64,000 bases of DNA from a virus: IMG/VR virus record IMGVR_UViG_3300009514_000515, positions 22,576 through 86,575 of that record; one strand, written 5' to 3'. Both the position numbers and the translations under genes were made by a program. Within the stretch, counting starts at the first letter, position 1. The number at the start of each line of letters is the position of its first letter. The notes below the pieces were generated by a model. The model was not told where the DNA came from. It saw only the letters and a list, made by a program, of their open reading frames with translations, and made no database searches. Of this stretch, positions 1-9,939 are shown one piece after another.

Positions 1-1638
1 ATCCTGGCCAGGGGGGATACCCGGCCAGTCACTTCGAGCGACACCGTCGGGCGGGTCCTGCCAGTCGTAGAGGACCAGACGGCCATCCCACATCATGTTC
101 TTGAAGTTACGGAACATCTCGGTCCGCTCGACCGGAGAGAACCGCTTGCTCTCAATCTTGCGGAGGCCCTTGCGCTCCAGGTGCTGGACCAGCGGGATGC
201 CGCCGACAGCCTGGTCAAGAAGTCCCTCAGAGATATAGAACCGACGGTGCAGCTTAAGGAACCAATCAGCGATGTGCTCCTCGAAGTCCAGGCGGTCGAC
301 ATCGACGTACTCCCCGATGCCGGCCCGAATCCACCCGAGGTAGTCCAAGACAATTCTCTGGTCCGGACTGATGTGGACCAGGGCAACGGCAGTGCCATCA
401 CCACCCTTGGTGACACCAACGTCGGCCCCCAGAAAATGAGGCCTCTTGGCCGGAGCCCTATGGGACGGCCTGAGCCTCGGGTCGATGCACTTCTCCAGGT
501 CTTCGGACTTCTCAATCCAGGTCAGCTTGCGGCTGTCGAACTGGGCGCCGTACTCAGAGAAGAATCCGGTCGGGTCGTCGACGTACTCGGACTCGAAGAA
601 GTTGCCGGATATGGTCGGGTTGACCTCCCAGGTCGGGGCCTGGATGCACAACACGTCGTCAGGAAGATACCAACCGTCTCGGAACTGCTTGTAGAACCAG
701 CCGCCCCGTCCGTTGGGGGAGCTGATGAGAATGACTTTGGCATCCGTCTGTCCGTCGACCAGGGGCCGATGGGGGTTATTCGGGTCCTTCGGCTCGAACA
801 TGGCACGTGAGGGGCCGACGGCTTTGTAGACCTCCGCGGCCGAGGATTGGCCCTTGTTCACGAAGTGGGCGACCTCGTCCAGAATGATGACGATGTTGCC
901 AGCACCGCGAAGACCCTTGGCCACACAGGAGTAGAACGTGACGAGGACGGTCGACAGCGTCGCATTGTTGTTTGGGTCGAAGCGCCCGTAGGTACCGATG
1001 TCGTACTGAGACTGGAAGCTGCTGTAGGTCTTCGTCATGTTCGCCTGGTAGGGGTCGAACCGCGAACACCCGAGGAAGTGACTCTTGACCTTCGAATAGA
1101 GGATGCCGGCCTGGTCCTTACCGGTGGCGACAGAACAGACCTTGATCTCCTCACCCTGGCCGATACCATAGTGGGCCTGGGGATTGGGAAGTCTCAGGAG
1201 ACGGTCGGTCTCATAGGCCCCAATCCACCCCGCAAGCTCGGTCTTGCCCGAGCGGCGGCCAATCGGGAGGACGAGCTTGCTCCGGACGACTCCTGGCTCG
1301 ACCTCGCGGATGTTGCAGCGCTCGTTGTCGTAGAGCCACCGAAGGTAGTCGGCCTCGGTGAACGACTTGAACTTCTTGCGCCGCCAGTCAGAGATGACAA
1401 CAGCATCCTTGTCCTTCTCGTCGAGGGCGATGCCGTAGAAGGCCTTGAGGATGACCCGCTGTACCGGGAAGGGACGAACACGGCCGGTGGTGTTGAGCCC
1501 CCAGGGCTTCTCGATGAAATCGACAATGTTGGGGCCCCTCGCGGCCACAGTAGAGGCGGTGGACGATGACGTACCGCCCCGGTAGACCCCGCGGGTGAGG
1601 TCCCCAAGACCAGTTCTGCCCCTACTCCTCTTCGCCAC
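1..1638 (-). CDS. terL: Phage terminase large subunit (3' end runs off the window; absent from the ORF track)
   Basis: Manual translation of the - strand gives Walker A LPIGRRSGKT, Walker B IVIILDEVAHF, coupling motif ILISSPNGRGGWFY and RNaseH-like HFLGADVGVTKGGDGTA. GTG start at 1638 follows an AGGAGG RBS. Confidence 0.9.
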   Translation of the reverse strand, partial: MAKRSRGRTGLGDLTRGVYRGGTSSSTASTVAARGPNIVDFIEKPWGLNTTGRVRPFPVQRVILKAFYGIALDEKDKDAVVISDWRRKKFKSFTEADYLRWLYDNERCNIREVEPGVVRSKLVLPIGRRSGKTELAGWIGAYETDRLLRLPNPQAHYGIGQGEEIKVCSVATGKDQAGILYSKVKSHFLGCSRFDPYQANMTKTYSSFQSQYDIGTYGRFDPNNNATLSTVLVTFYSCVAKGLRGAGNIVIILDEVAHFVNKGQSSAAEVYKAVGPSRAMFEPKDPNNPHRPLVDGQTDAKVILISSPNGRGGWFYKQFRDGWYLPDDVLCIQAPTWEVNPTISGNFFESEYVDDPTGFFSEYGAQFDSRKLTWIEKSEDLEKCIDPRLRPSHRAPAKRPHFLGADVGVTKGGDGTAVALVHISPDQRIVLDYLGWIRAGIGEYVDVDRLDFEEHIADWFLKLHRRFYISEGLLDQAVGGIPLVQHLERKGLRKIESKRFSPVERTEMFRNFKNMMWDGRLVLYDWQDPPDGVARSDWPGIPPGQD

Positions 1639-1649
1639 CGCCTACCTCC

Positions 1650-2405
1650 TCAATTCAGTGCAGGAGCAGCGTCGCCGCGCTGACCTTGGAGGGCCTTACT
1701 TCGCCACTCCTCGGTCTCGACCTCACTTGCAAATTCGGAGAGGACCAGGCTGATCATCTCGGCGTCCACACCAGACCTGACCATCGCGTCACGTAGGGTC
1801 TCGACGACGAGAACGAAGATGGCCCGGAAAGCAGAACTCTCCAGGTCGACTTCCTGGTTCTTGAGTTTCTGCTCGATGCGCTTGACCGAGGCGTCTCGGA
1901 GGGACGTCAGGATGATGGAGTGTCGACGAGCCAGTTGGCTGACCGGGGTCCCGAGGCGGACCGCCTCGCCGATCTCGAACTCGATGGACGCCGCCGACTC
2001 CGCCAGCTTCAACATGACCTGGCGAAGGACGTTGACGGACTCGAAGTCCCCCTCGATGGAGCGACGAAGGGGGTCGTTGGCCAGGAACTTCTGACGCTGT
2101 CTCCCCAGCTCCTCGACCATCGCATTAGCAGGCTTGATATCGACGTGGACCTTCTTCTGAGGGCGGCGGCCAGGTTCTCCTCTCTGAACGTTGGGTGTGC
2201 CGTCGCTCTTGAAAATGATGATGTCCTCGTCTCGCAGGTCAGCCAGAGGACGCCACTTGGTCTTGCCCTTCTCGTCAACAACGTTGATACGCTGCACTTC
2301 CTTGGACAGGCCAGCCAGAATCGTCCTCTTCTCCTCAAGAGACTGAGGCTTCTTCGGGATGGTGAGTCCGGCGTTCTTGCCTCCCTTCTTTCGTTTGCTT
2401 GCCAT
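1650..2405 (-). CDS. Hypothetical protein, candidate terminase small subunit
   Basis: Likely start MASKRKKGG at 2405. Basic N-terminus plus helical C-half, immediately upstream of terL. Function inferred from position only. Confidence 0.45.
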   Translation of the reverse strand: MASKRKKGGKNAGLTIPKKPQSLEEKRTILAGLSKEVQRINVVDEKGKTKWRPLADLRDEDIIIFKSDGTPNVQRGEPGRRPQKKVHVDIKPANAMVEELGRQRQKFLANDPLRRSIEGDFESVNVLRQVMLKLAESAASIEFEIGEAVRLGTPVSQLARRHSIILTSLRDASVKRIEQKLKNQEVDLESSAFRAIFVLVVETLRDAMVRSGVDAEMISLVLSEFASEVETEEWRSKALQGQRGDAAPALN

Positions 2406-2413
2406 GGTGTCCC

Positions 2414-3244
2414 TCAGCTGATGGCAGGGGGGCCCACGGAGGGACCACCAACAGCCAGCGAACCCCCGTCGGGGGACAGCGTGAAGTGAGTCACCGTACC
2501 CCCCTGGTCGGCCTCGAAGAGAACTTCGCCCGGACCAGCCGGACCGACGATAGTCACGTCGGCACCTACCGAGGACGCGCTGAACCCCGGGAGGTTGTCG
2601 ATGGCCGCGGCGAGAGCCGTGGCAGACGCCGTAGCGTCGCCGAGGGTGGTCTCCCACTGCAACCCGACCACCAGAGTGAAGTCGCCGAGGCGGATAGTCG
2701 TCTTACCCTGAGAGACACCTCCCAGAAGGGAATCCCCACTAAGGGCGATGTCAGTGGGGTTGTCCGTTGCCAGACTGACGTTGCCTGCCGTGCCGGTGGC
2801 CACAGCGACCAAACACACCGAAGGAGACTCGTCTGTCGCAGTGACATCGCCGGAGAAACTGTTGGCGCCGTCATTGATGGCGGCGACAATGTCGGCCACG
2901 ACACCAGCGAGGGTGCCTGAGGAGACACTGAAGTCGTCGGAACCTGGAGTCCTCGCCCCCGCCACTGCGGTCAGGGGGTTGCCGTTGATGGTGATGGTGT
3001 CGCCAGCCGTCGGGACCCCTATCAGAGTAATGACGGCAGTCGCCAGGACGTCCTGGAGGACGAAGTTGGCATCGTCGATGGTGATGGTCCCACCGGAGGC
3101 CGACGGAGCATCTGTCAACAGAGCGAGGCGAGCCTGGTTCTGGTCGTCCAGGACGATCTGCTGAGTGAACTTGCGGCGCGTCGTTCCGGGCGGCGGGGCG
3201 ACCAGAATCTCGAACGGGCCAGGAGCTGTGAACTTGCGGGCCAT
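2414..3244 (-). CDS. Putative virion structural protein (Gly/Ala/Thr-rich, sheath-insert/decoration-like domain)
   Basis: 276 aa, beta-rich. Shares a ~95 aa domain (GDTITIxGxPLxxVAGARTPGSDDFxV...DIVAAINDGANSF) with 58684..59697. Confidence 0.6.
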   Translation of the reverse strand: MARKFTAPGPFEILVAPPPGTTRRKFTQQIVLDDQNQARLALLTDAPSASGGTITIDDANFVLQDVLATAVITLIGVPTAGDTITINGNPLTAVAGARTPGSDDFSVSSGTLAGVVADIVAAINDGANSFSGDVTATDESPSVCLVAVATGTAGNVSLATDNPTDIALSGDSLLGGVSQGKTTIRLGDFTLVVGLQWETTLGDATASATALAAAIDNLPGFSASSVGADVTIVGPAGPGEVLFEADQGGTVTHFTLSPDGGSLAVGGPSVGPPAIS

Positions 3245-3247
3245 GGG

Positions 3248-5497
3248 TTACCTCCTCGGAGCGAATGTCCAGCCGGCCAGGCGAGGATGCTTGGGCAGCT
3301 CCTCTCGTCCTCGGGGCACTCCCGTAATACCGGGCTCGTCGGTCTCTACGACATACCGCGTTAGCGTCGAGAACTGACGACCACCGGGCATGCGCTTGAT
3401 GTCTTTCTTGGTCGGTGGAGGCCCTTTGGCGCGCTCCGCCGGGATGATGTTGGATAGAGCACCAGAGTCGTGGAACTGCTTGACCTCACGCCGCTCGGGA
3501 TTGTCGAAGAAGTAGCTCTCGGCGGTTAGGGGGTTGATAGGGTGCGAAGCGAACCAAAGGCGACGGAAGTCCTGAGCAGCCTTCTTGCCCTGTTCATCGA
3601 CCATCTTCTGGAGGGACTTCTCGATAACCTCCTCGTCGGGCTTGATGAGCTTGCGCGCCAGTTCGTCGAAGAACTCACCGAAATCGGCCTGGGCAGGAAC
3701 CTCGTCCCCAACCTCGGACTCTTCCTCCCCAGACTCGACCTCGGACTCCTCGGTGGAGAACAAAAGGCGCAAACCGGCTTTCTTGGGCTTCTCGCGCTTC
3801 TCCTTCTTGTGCCCCCTCTCGATCTCTTTGTCCTCGCGGGCTCGCTCGGACTCGACGACTTCCCGCTCGGCTTCTCCAGAGGGGCCCGCCTGGGCGTAGT
3901 CCTCAGTCAGACGAGATATTTCTTTGACGGAGTCTTGGAGGCTCTTGGTCAGTGTGCGGGAGCGGTTGTGGGCATCTGAAACATCCCGCCCACCTTCCTC
4001 GACCTTGTCCTTGAGCTTGCGCAGCTTGTCGTCTTCTGGGTCGAGCTTCTTCTCGGCCTCGGCCAGGTCCTTCTTGGCCTGCTCCAGGGCCTTGGTGGCT
4101 TCGTCCCAGTCCTTGTTCGCCTCGTTGAGCTGAGTCTGCTGGTCTTCCAGCTTGATCTTGGCCTGGTCGTGCTTCTTCGAGTACTCCTGGTACCGCTTGC
4201 GCTTCTCCATCGCCGTCTCGGTGCCCTCGGGCTTGCCGGCGAACTCCAGCATGCTGTCCAGGATGTGTTCGATGGCGAACGCCAGGAACGAAGACGGACG
4301 ACCCTTGGCCACCTCTGGCGGGAGGTTCTTGGCGAGGTTCTCGGCGAACTGGCGCTTGGTCTTCTCATCAGGGATAAGATCGCTAATCTCGGTCGACCCC
4401 TTGGCCTCGACCTCCTCCTGCATCTCCTCCTCGACCTTCGGGAACATCTTCTTCTTGAGGTCCTCGACCTGGCTGTCTAGCTCCTTATCGGTCATCTTAT
4501 CGACCTCAGAGAGCCACTTGACGACCTCACGATTCTTGAGTTTGTTGGCCAAACCGACGATGCGCTGACGAATGCTCGACTTGCTCTTGCCCAAGTACTC
4601 ATCGATGAGCGCCTGGTCGTGTTCTGAGACGTCCTCGGCCTTCCCTTTGGCCTTGTCCTGCTCAGCCTTGAGGTCCTCCGGGGACTCCTCGGGGCGAGCC
4701 TCCTCGGGTTTCTTCTTCTTCGGATGTGGCTTTTCGTCAGGCCCGTCCTTCGAGACCTCGGTCTCATCGAACTTCTGGCGGGTGTCCGGGCGGTCATCGA
4801 ACTTCTGGCGGGTGTCCGGGCGGTCAATCCCCTCTACCCAGTCCCCCCACTCCTTGCGGTTAAGGGCCTTCTCTCCCTTGTCTCTCTTGCGCTTGACGTA
4901 CGCCCGGTAGTCAGGGTCCTGCTCACGACGTTCGACCCCCTTGGCCTCCAAAGAGAACCAGGCGAGGCGGAGCCGGCTTGACGCGAGGCGGTCCATGTCC
5001 CGTCGAGCGATGCGCTGACGCAGGAGGTAGATGTGACTCTCGTGGTCGTTCGCCAGAGACATCAGGAAGTCGTCGAGGCCGAGGGTCAGTACATCCAGTC
5101 TTTTGAGGATGTCGTAGACACTCTTGAGGGCCTTCTGGAGGTCCTGTTCACTCCTCAGACTGCGACGGTGGGGACAAGTGTAGATGGACCAACTACGAAG
5201 CCACTCTGTAGCCTTGTCGACCTGACTCTCGTTGGAGAACGGGTAGATGCCCTCGGCCGGATCTCCCAGGAGGCCAACGACCTTCTCCGCTAGGGTGTCA
5301 ACCTCCTGGCCCAGGTTGTTGTAGAGCCTCTCGAACAACAGGTGGTCGCCGTAGTAGGCGTTACCATGCACCTGCCAGTGGCAGGTCTGGTAATTCCACC
5401 TCTGAGCACGCAGCAGTGCCAACACCTCCGTGAGATACCCACGGAGGGCCTGGCGTGCAGGGTCCGCCACGCGGTCTGTGGGGCGTCGTGTCTGCAT
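3248..5497 (-). CDS. Protein with N-terminal Dps/ferritin-like domain and long charged coiled coil
   Basis: Likely start MQTRRP at 5497. YQTCHWQVHGNAYYGDHLLFERLY...EVDTLAEK resembles the Dps ferroxidase signature. The rest is K/E-rich coiled coil. Confidence 0.65.
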   Translation of the reverse strand: MQTRRPTDRVADPARQALRGYLTEVLALLRAQRWNYQTCHWQVHGNAYYGDHLLFERLYNNLGQEVDTLAEKVVGLLGDPAEGIYPFSNESQVDKATEWLRSWSIYTCPHRRSLRSEQDLQKALKSVYDILKRLDVLTLGLDDFLMSLANDHESHIYLLRQRIARRDMDRLASSRLRLAWFSLEAKGVERREQDPDYRAYVKRKRDKGEKALNRKEWGDWVEGIDRPDTRQKFDDRPDTRQKFDETEVSKDGPDEKPHPKKKKPEEARPEESPEDLKAEQDKAKGKAEDVSEHDQALIDEYLGKSKSSIRQRIVGLANKLKNREVVKWLSEVDKMTDKELDSQVEDLKKKMFPKVEEEMQEEVEAKGSTEISDLIPDEKTKRQFAENLAKNLPPEVAKGRPSSFLAFAIEHILDSMLEFAGKPEGTETAMEKRKRYQEYSKKHDQAKIKLEDQQTQLNEANKDWDEATKALEQAKKDLAEAEKKLDPEDDKLRKLKDKVEEGGRDVSDAHNRSRTLTKSLQDSVKEISRLTEDYAQAGPSGEAEREVVESERAREDKEIERGHKKEKREKPKKAGLRLLFSTEESEVESGEEESEVGDEVPAQADFGEFFDELARKLIKPDEEVIEKSLQKMVDEQGKKAAQDFRRLWFASHPINPLTAESYFFDNPERREVKQFHDSGALSNIIPAERAKGPPPTKKDIKRMPGGRQFSTLTRYVVETDEPGITGVPRGREELPKHPRLAGWTFAPRR
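4764..4826. repeat. Exact 30-bp tandem duplication (in frame, DRPDTRQKFD x2)
   Basis: tcatcgaacttctggcgggtgtccgggcgg occurs at 4764-4793 and 4794-4823. Confidence 0.9.
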
Positions 5498-5502
5498 GTG
5501 CC

Positions 5503-7491
5503 TTAGAGGAGGATGAAGCCATCGCCAAACTGGATGTCGAACTCTTCCGTGTCGGGTGACTCCGAATAGAGACTGAAGTTGTTCAAGGTTCCGTTGACCA
5601 GACCGAACTCGGCCGCTGGGTCCACAACGGGCGCGTAGTTCGACGCGGTGCGTGTGGGCATGTTGTCGGCCGTGTACTCCATATTGGAGGCCGTGATGGT
5701 CTGAGCCTGGAAAGCCTGCTTCTCGTTCTCCGGGAAGCCTCCGGCGAGGGGTCGGTTGTACTTGGTGCAGGTGTTGTGCATGTTGCGGAATACACACCCC
5801 GAGCACTTGTCCATTGCGAGGACGTAGGGGGCGGAACTCTTCGAATGGTGCTGAGCACCTGTCTCACACCCCTGGATGCCGGACTCGCCGTAAGCTGCAG
5901 CCTCGATATAGAGGTGTCCGGCCAGTCCCTCGTGCTGAGTCCTCATCGCATGGGTGAGGTGGGTGGAGGCTGTCAGGATGTTGGTGCCAAACTCGGAACG
6001 CATCAGACCGTCGAGCCGATTGCCGGCCCACCCGTCATTGAGGTGCAGGCGGAGGCGCTGGAGCATATTGGTCACCTCGGCGACCTTGACCCCAGCTACG
6101 CCAGCCACCCTCTTCAGCTCCTGTTGCCAGGGGTCGAGCTGAGGAACGGACTGCTCTCCGGCATGTCCCCGGAACACGTCACCCTCGAACTGGCCTTTCT
6201 TGCTCTGCTGCTTGGAGATGTACAACGAAACCATATCCTGGATACCTGCCAGGTGGTGTCCACTCTGGCCCAGAGCGATGGCCTGCTCCTTAGTGAGGTA
6301 CCCCGCTCGGACACATTGGCCGAGGTAGGTGGCTACCTTGCGTGCCATCTGGTCACCCTCTCGGGCTCGCAGGGCAGTGACGGCAATGACAGCTTCGTCG
6401 GCTTTGGCCTCCCGCATCAACTCATCGATGCGGAAGTACTTGTGGCTGTGGTCGACAGGGAAGTCTCGCTCAGGGGTCTCGATGTGGCCCGGAGTCGCGA
6501 ACGCCTGGCGAAGGACCTCCTTAGGGTCTCCTTGCGTAGCGATCTTCACACCCAACGAAGCGAGCCTCGGGACGTAGTATAGATAAGCATGCTCCCAGGG
6601 CACCGAGGCCACCAGACGCCGCTGAAAAATCCCACAGGCGCTGTTCTGGTTGTAGACACACCCCACGCACTTGGAGCTGGCCACGACGTACTGGGCGGAC
6701 TGAGGAACCTGGTTGTTCCAGGTACCCTGCTCACAGCCGGGGTAGACAGACGCTCGGAGGAACACCTTGCCTGCAAGGCCGTGCTCCTCAATGATGGACT
6801 TCATCGCCGACGCAACCCGGTTGGAGTCCTCACCCAGGACCTGAGCCGTCTCGATAAGGATGTTCCGGATAGGGTCTCCCGCGGCAGAGCGACGGGCGGC
6901 TGCTTGAACAACCGCCTGAATCTGACGCATCGAGAACCGCTGCGGACGCGGAGCCTCTTTGTCGGGGTCGGTGAAGTAGCGGGCATGGTCGAGGTCGACG
7001 TTCGAACCTTCCAGCCTCATCTTGGAGCCTTCACTACGGATTCCGTGCGTACGACGGTCGATGCCCCAGGCCTGACTCAGCTCCTCGATACTGAGGTTCG
7101 AGGGGTCTCGGGGAAGGCGGTTCGGGTCCTGCTTCTCCAGGTCTGTCTGGAGTTCCAACCAATCGAGGTTGGGGAGTCGGCTCTCGTGGATGTCTGCGGC
7201 CAGGAACGAACGCAGGTCGAGGCCGTCCTCCTCGGAGAACCAGTTCGTGATACCGGGGTCCTCTTCGGCCCTGACAGTTCGAGGGCCGTAGGGGGCGTTG
7301 TCAAACTTGCCGTGCTCCGAGAGGTTGTTGCCAGGCAGACCGGAGAACCCTTGGGCGGACGGAAGACGTCCTCCCTGCATGACACCTTCGCCAGTGCCCT
7401 CGCCGTCGAAGAGGAACCCGTCGAGGTTCCAGTTCGAGCCAGAAGTCGAGGTGAAGACGCCCTCGGGCAGATTTGACTTGTTGTTCGCCAT
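5503..7491 (-). CDS. Hypothetical phage protein with duplicated four-Cys domain
   Basis: Two copies of GLAG-x-[LV][FY]...GCE.G...YV..(S/D)KC.GCV[YF]...C. Confidence 0.75.
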   Translation of the reverse strand: MANNKSNLPEGVFTSTSGSNWNLDGFLFDGEGTGEGVMQGGRLPSAQGFSGLPGNNLSEHGKFDNAPYGPRTVRAEEDPGITNWFSEEDGLDLRSFLAADIHESRLPNLDWLELQTDLEKQDPNRLPRDPSNLSIEELSQAWGIDRRTHGIRSEGSKMRLEGSNVDLDHARYFTDPDKEAPRPQRFSMRQIQAVVQAAARRSAAGDPIRNILIETAQVLGEDSNRVASAMKSIIEEHGLAGKVFLRASVYPGCEQGTWNNQVPQSAQYVVASSKCVGCVYNQNSACGIFQRRLVASVPWEHAYLYYVPRLASLGVKIATQGDPKEVLRQAFATPGHIETPERDFPVDHSHKYFRIDELMREAKADEAVIAVTALRAREGDQMARKVATYLGQCVRAGYLTKEQAIALGQSGHHLAGIQDMVSLYISKQQSKKGQFEGDVFRGHAGEQSVPQLDPWQQELKRVAGVAGVKVAEVTNMLQRLRLHLNDGWAGNRLDGLMRSEFGTNILTASTHLTHAMRTQHEGLAGHLYIEAAAYGESGIQGCETGAQHHSKSSAPYVLAMDKCSGCVFRNMHNTCTKYNRPLAGGFPENEKQAFQAQTITASNMEYTADNMPTRTASNYAPVVDPAAEFGLVNGTLNNFSLYSESPDTEEFDIQFGDGFILL

Positions 7492-7503
7492 CGTGTCTAC
7501 CTC

Positions 7504-8220
7504 TCAGGTGCGTTCCGACTGGTCCTGGCTGATTTCCTCGTCGGCCCACCCTTCCGGATTCTGCTTGATCTCGTCTGCGTGCTCGATGATGTCCTCGACC
7601 TGACGACTGGACGCGGACCAGTGCGAGGCATGGACTTCGTCATGTAGCGTGTCTGATAGGGCAGATAGTGCCTCGACGACGTTCATGTACGCGCGACGCA
7701 TCTCCGAGATACGCTGGATGTAGCCTCGACCTCCGAGCTTGCCGTCGGGGGAGACCATCCGAGACTTGATTTTGGCGAAGAGAGTGTAGCCGCTCATCGC
7801 GTGGCCAAGAGCGGCATTCGTCGCCCGCAGAGTCTTGGCCAGAGCCTTCACCTGCTTGGGGTCGTAGGTGTAGGCATCGGCGCGAGGCATGTCCCGTTCT
7901 GTCGGCGGAGTGGTGAATGCCCAGGAGGTAGCGTCGTTGGTGTTGTCCTTGACGTGGCGAACCTCTCCGGCCGTCCGAATCATGTAGGCCTGGGCAACCC
8001 TCTGGGCCACGTCGCGCTTGATGTGGGCTAGGACGGAGCGACGGACGTCCTTGAGAACGCCCAAAGGGACGTCCGCACTGGCCGTCCTGAAGCGAGGGTC
8101 CGCCTGTGTCCGCAGGGCCTGTGTCCACTGACGACAAGAGGAGGCCAACTGCTCCTTCGGGGTAGTTGGGGGGAGATGAAAAGACCCCACAACACATCGA
8201 GCGATGTCCCTGCGGTCCAT
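7504..8220 (-). CDS. Hypothetical phage protein
   Basis: 238 aa, tightly packed in the - strand operon. Carries VAQRVAQAY. Confidence 0.7.
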   Translation of the reverse strand: MDRRDIARCVVGSFHLPPTTPKEQLASSCRQWTQALRTQADPRFRTASADVPLGVLKDVRRSVLAHIKRDVAQRVAQAYMIRTAGEVRHVKDNTNDATSWAFTTPPTERDMPRADAYTYDPKQVKALAKTLRATNAALGHAMSGYTLFAKIKSRMVSPDGKLGGRGYIQRISEMRRAYMNVVEALSALSDTLHDEVHASHWSASSRQVEDIIEHADEIKQNPEGWADEEISQDQSERT

Positions 8221-8222
8221 GG

Positions 8223-8813
8223 TTATACTCCCTTGAGGGGAGACCCGTCCGAGTCGAACAGACGCTCGACGACGTATGTCTCGCCTTCCTTCCGATAGCT
8301 CCAGAGGTCCTGGGTCGATTTGTTCACCAGTTCGTTGTGGCCGTTGAGGAAGAAGCTAGTGAGGTCACCCAGGCTCGTTGCCGTCACCATGACAGAACTG
8401 GCCTGTCGAAGGAGCGGAGGAGCTGGCTTGAGGTGATGAGCAGCGACAGCCCTCAGAAGGCCGTCGTCCCACATCACGAACACTCGCCCATCGAGGGCTG
8501 TCACGTCGCCGGATGCCGTCCGAACCTTGACCACGGTGCCTTCGGCGTCGACCTGACCCCGCAGAGGGGTTGGGAAGTCCGAGTAGGCCAGCATGGCTTC
8601 GGCAGAAGAGACGAAGGACACCCGAGTGCCCGACAGAAGAGGAGCAGGCTCCGGAACGGGCAGCGGAGTGGGAGCTTTCCCAAACAGCACACCGAGGTCG
8701 TCGGTGCCGTCGGTACTGGTGATAGCCCGCCCAATTACGCTGTTGGCGAACCCGATGTCTCCAGAGGAGCCGATGTCGATGTTGCCTTCCAGAAGGTCTT
8801 CCCAGTATCCCAT
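8223..8813 (-). CDS. Hypothetical phage protein
   Basis: 196 aa, 2-bp gap to the next gene, GAGGTAGG upstream of ATG. Confidence 0.7.
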   Translation of the reverse strand: MGYWEDLLEGNIDIGSSGDIGFANSVIGRAITSTDGTDDLGVLFGKAPTPLPVPEPAPLLSGTRVSFVSSAEAMLAYSDFPTPLRGQVDAEGTVVKVRTASGDVTALDGRVFVMWDDGLLRAVAAHHLKPAPPLLRQASSVMVTATSLGDLTSFFLNGHNELVNKSTQDLWSYRKEGETYVVERLFDSDGSPLKGV

Positions 8814-8824
8814 GGCTACCTACC

Positions 8825-9260
8825 TCACAGTACCGGGACCAGCTCCTTTCGCCGGTCCACGCCGATTCTGTCCCAGTGAATGACAAACCCTTTGTCCTTC
8901 ACCCATGAAAGAACTTTCCTATAGAGAAGGTACAACAGCCGAGCCATGATGGTCGCCGGCAAGAGAGCGAAGGTCCCCAGGCCCGGGAACAAGGTCGCCA
9001 CCAGGAGGCCGATGCCGGATTCCGGCAAGGACCCCAATAGCTCGCCCATCGACAGCCCGCCCGTGAACCCCCTGATGAGACCTTCGACGTCCCACGAAAT
9101 CTCGGCCACATTGAGCCAGACCCAGATGAACGCCGCAGCCATCAGGGGGCGGGCCAAGGTCTTGGCCAGACCCAGATGAACGCCGCAGCCATCAGGGGGC
9201 GGGCCAAGGTCTTGACCACCCTGCTCTTCTCCAACACTCTGTCGATAGGTTGGATGACAA
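8825..9260 (-). pseudogene. C-terminal part of a phage membrane-like protein, separated from its N-terminus (14443..14713) by the defence-island insert
   Basis: Removing one copy of the 50-bp duplication gives ...IQPIDRVLEKSRVVKTLARPLMAAAFIWVWLNVAE...LVPVL*. No own start codon. Junction position is approximate. Confidence 0.6.
9115..9214. repeat. Exact 50-bp tandem duplication (frameshifting)
   Basis: gccagacccagatgaacgccgcagccatcagggggcgggccaaggtcttg at 9115-9164 and 9165-9214. Confidence 0.95.
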
Positions 9261-9430
9261 TGGGGGCGAAGCTTCTGATGGTAGTCGCGGACGAAGTCGT
9301 AGAACTTGTACTGGCGTACATGCTCCCGCTCCACGCTCCAAAACAGAAACGACCCGATGGGGTAGCCTTGCATCAGGCTGTCGAACAGCCGCGCGATCTG
9401 CTCCGGTCGCCTCCGGTTTCATATGACCAG
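9260..9430 (-). pseudogene. Fragment of a DUF262/GmrS-type protein
   Basis: RPEQIARLFDSLMQGYPIGSFLFW...YKFYDFVRDYHQ is a typical DUF262 N-terminal segment. The upstream QREFVW part is missing and the C-terminus is absent. Confidence 0.7.
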
Positions 9431-9487
9431 CTACGCCCCTGGCGCAGCAGCAGCGAGCCGTGACCAGAAGAACCCGGCACGCGCACA

Positions 9488-9938
9488 TCACGGCACCTCG
9501 ATGCGGTGCGGCTCGAGCAGGTTGAAGACCGCTTCGTGGGCGTACCACCCGTCCAACGCCGGGTTCTCGTCCCAGCCGACATAGGCCGGGCTCGTTGGCG
9601 GAATTCCCTCGACGAGGGAACGGTCTGCAGCGCGACCAACCACGATGCAGGCGTGCCGATGGCGTGTGAGCATGACGCAGAGCCGACCGGGATCGAGATG
9701 GAACTCATCGACGTCGACGAGGCCCGCAAACGGGTGCCACGCGATGACGATCTCGTACGTGAGCCCCTGGAGCTTGTTCGCGGTGTTGACGACGACGTCC
9801 GTCAGACCGGCGTCGTCGAGTGCCACCCTCAACAAGTTCTTCTGATCGTTGTGGCTTACGGCAACTGCAATTTCGTTCGCCTGAACGGGCTTCGCCCTCC
9901 GGTGCGTCTCGCACTGGGCAACGGGACCGCGATCGAGG
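9488..9938 (-). pseudogene. C-terminal fragment of a superfamily 1 (Upf1/DNA2-like) helicase
   Basis: IAVAVSHNDQ...VNTANKLQGLTYEIVI...RLCVMLTRHRHACIVVG match SF1 motifs V/VI. The N-terminal ATPase half is missing. Confidence 0.65.
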
Positions 9939-9939
9939 A

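Noticed and set aside
9115-9214. 50-bp repeat as target-site duplication or att site of the insert
   Set aside because: Both copies are adjacent on one side of the insert rather than flanking it.
8825-9373. 182 aa ORF as a genuine DUF262-membrane fusion protein
   Set aside because: It is a chance in-frame join across the insertion junction and the 50-bp duplication.
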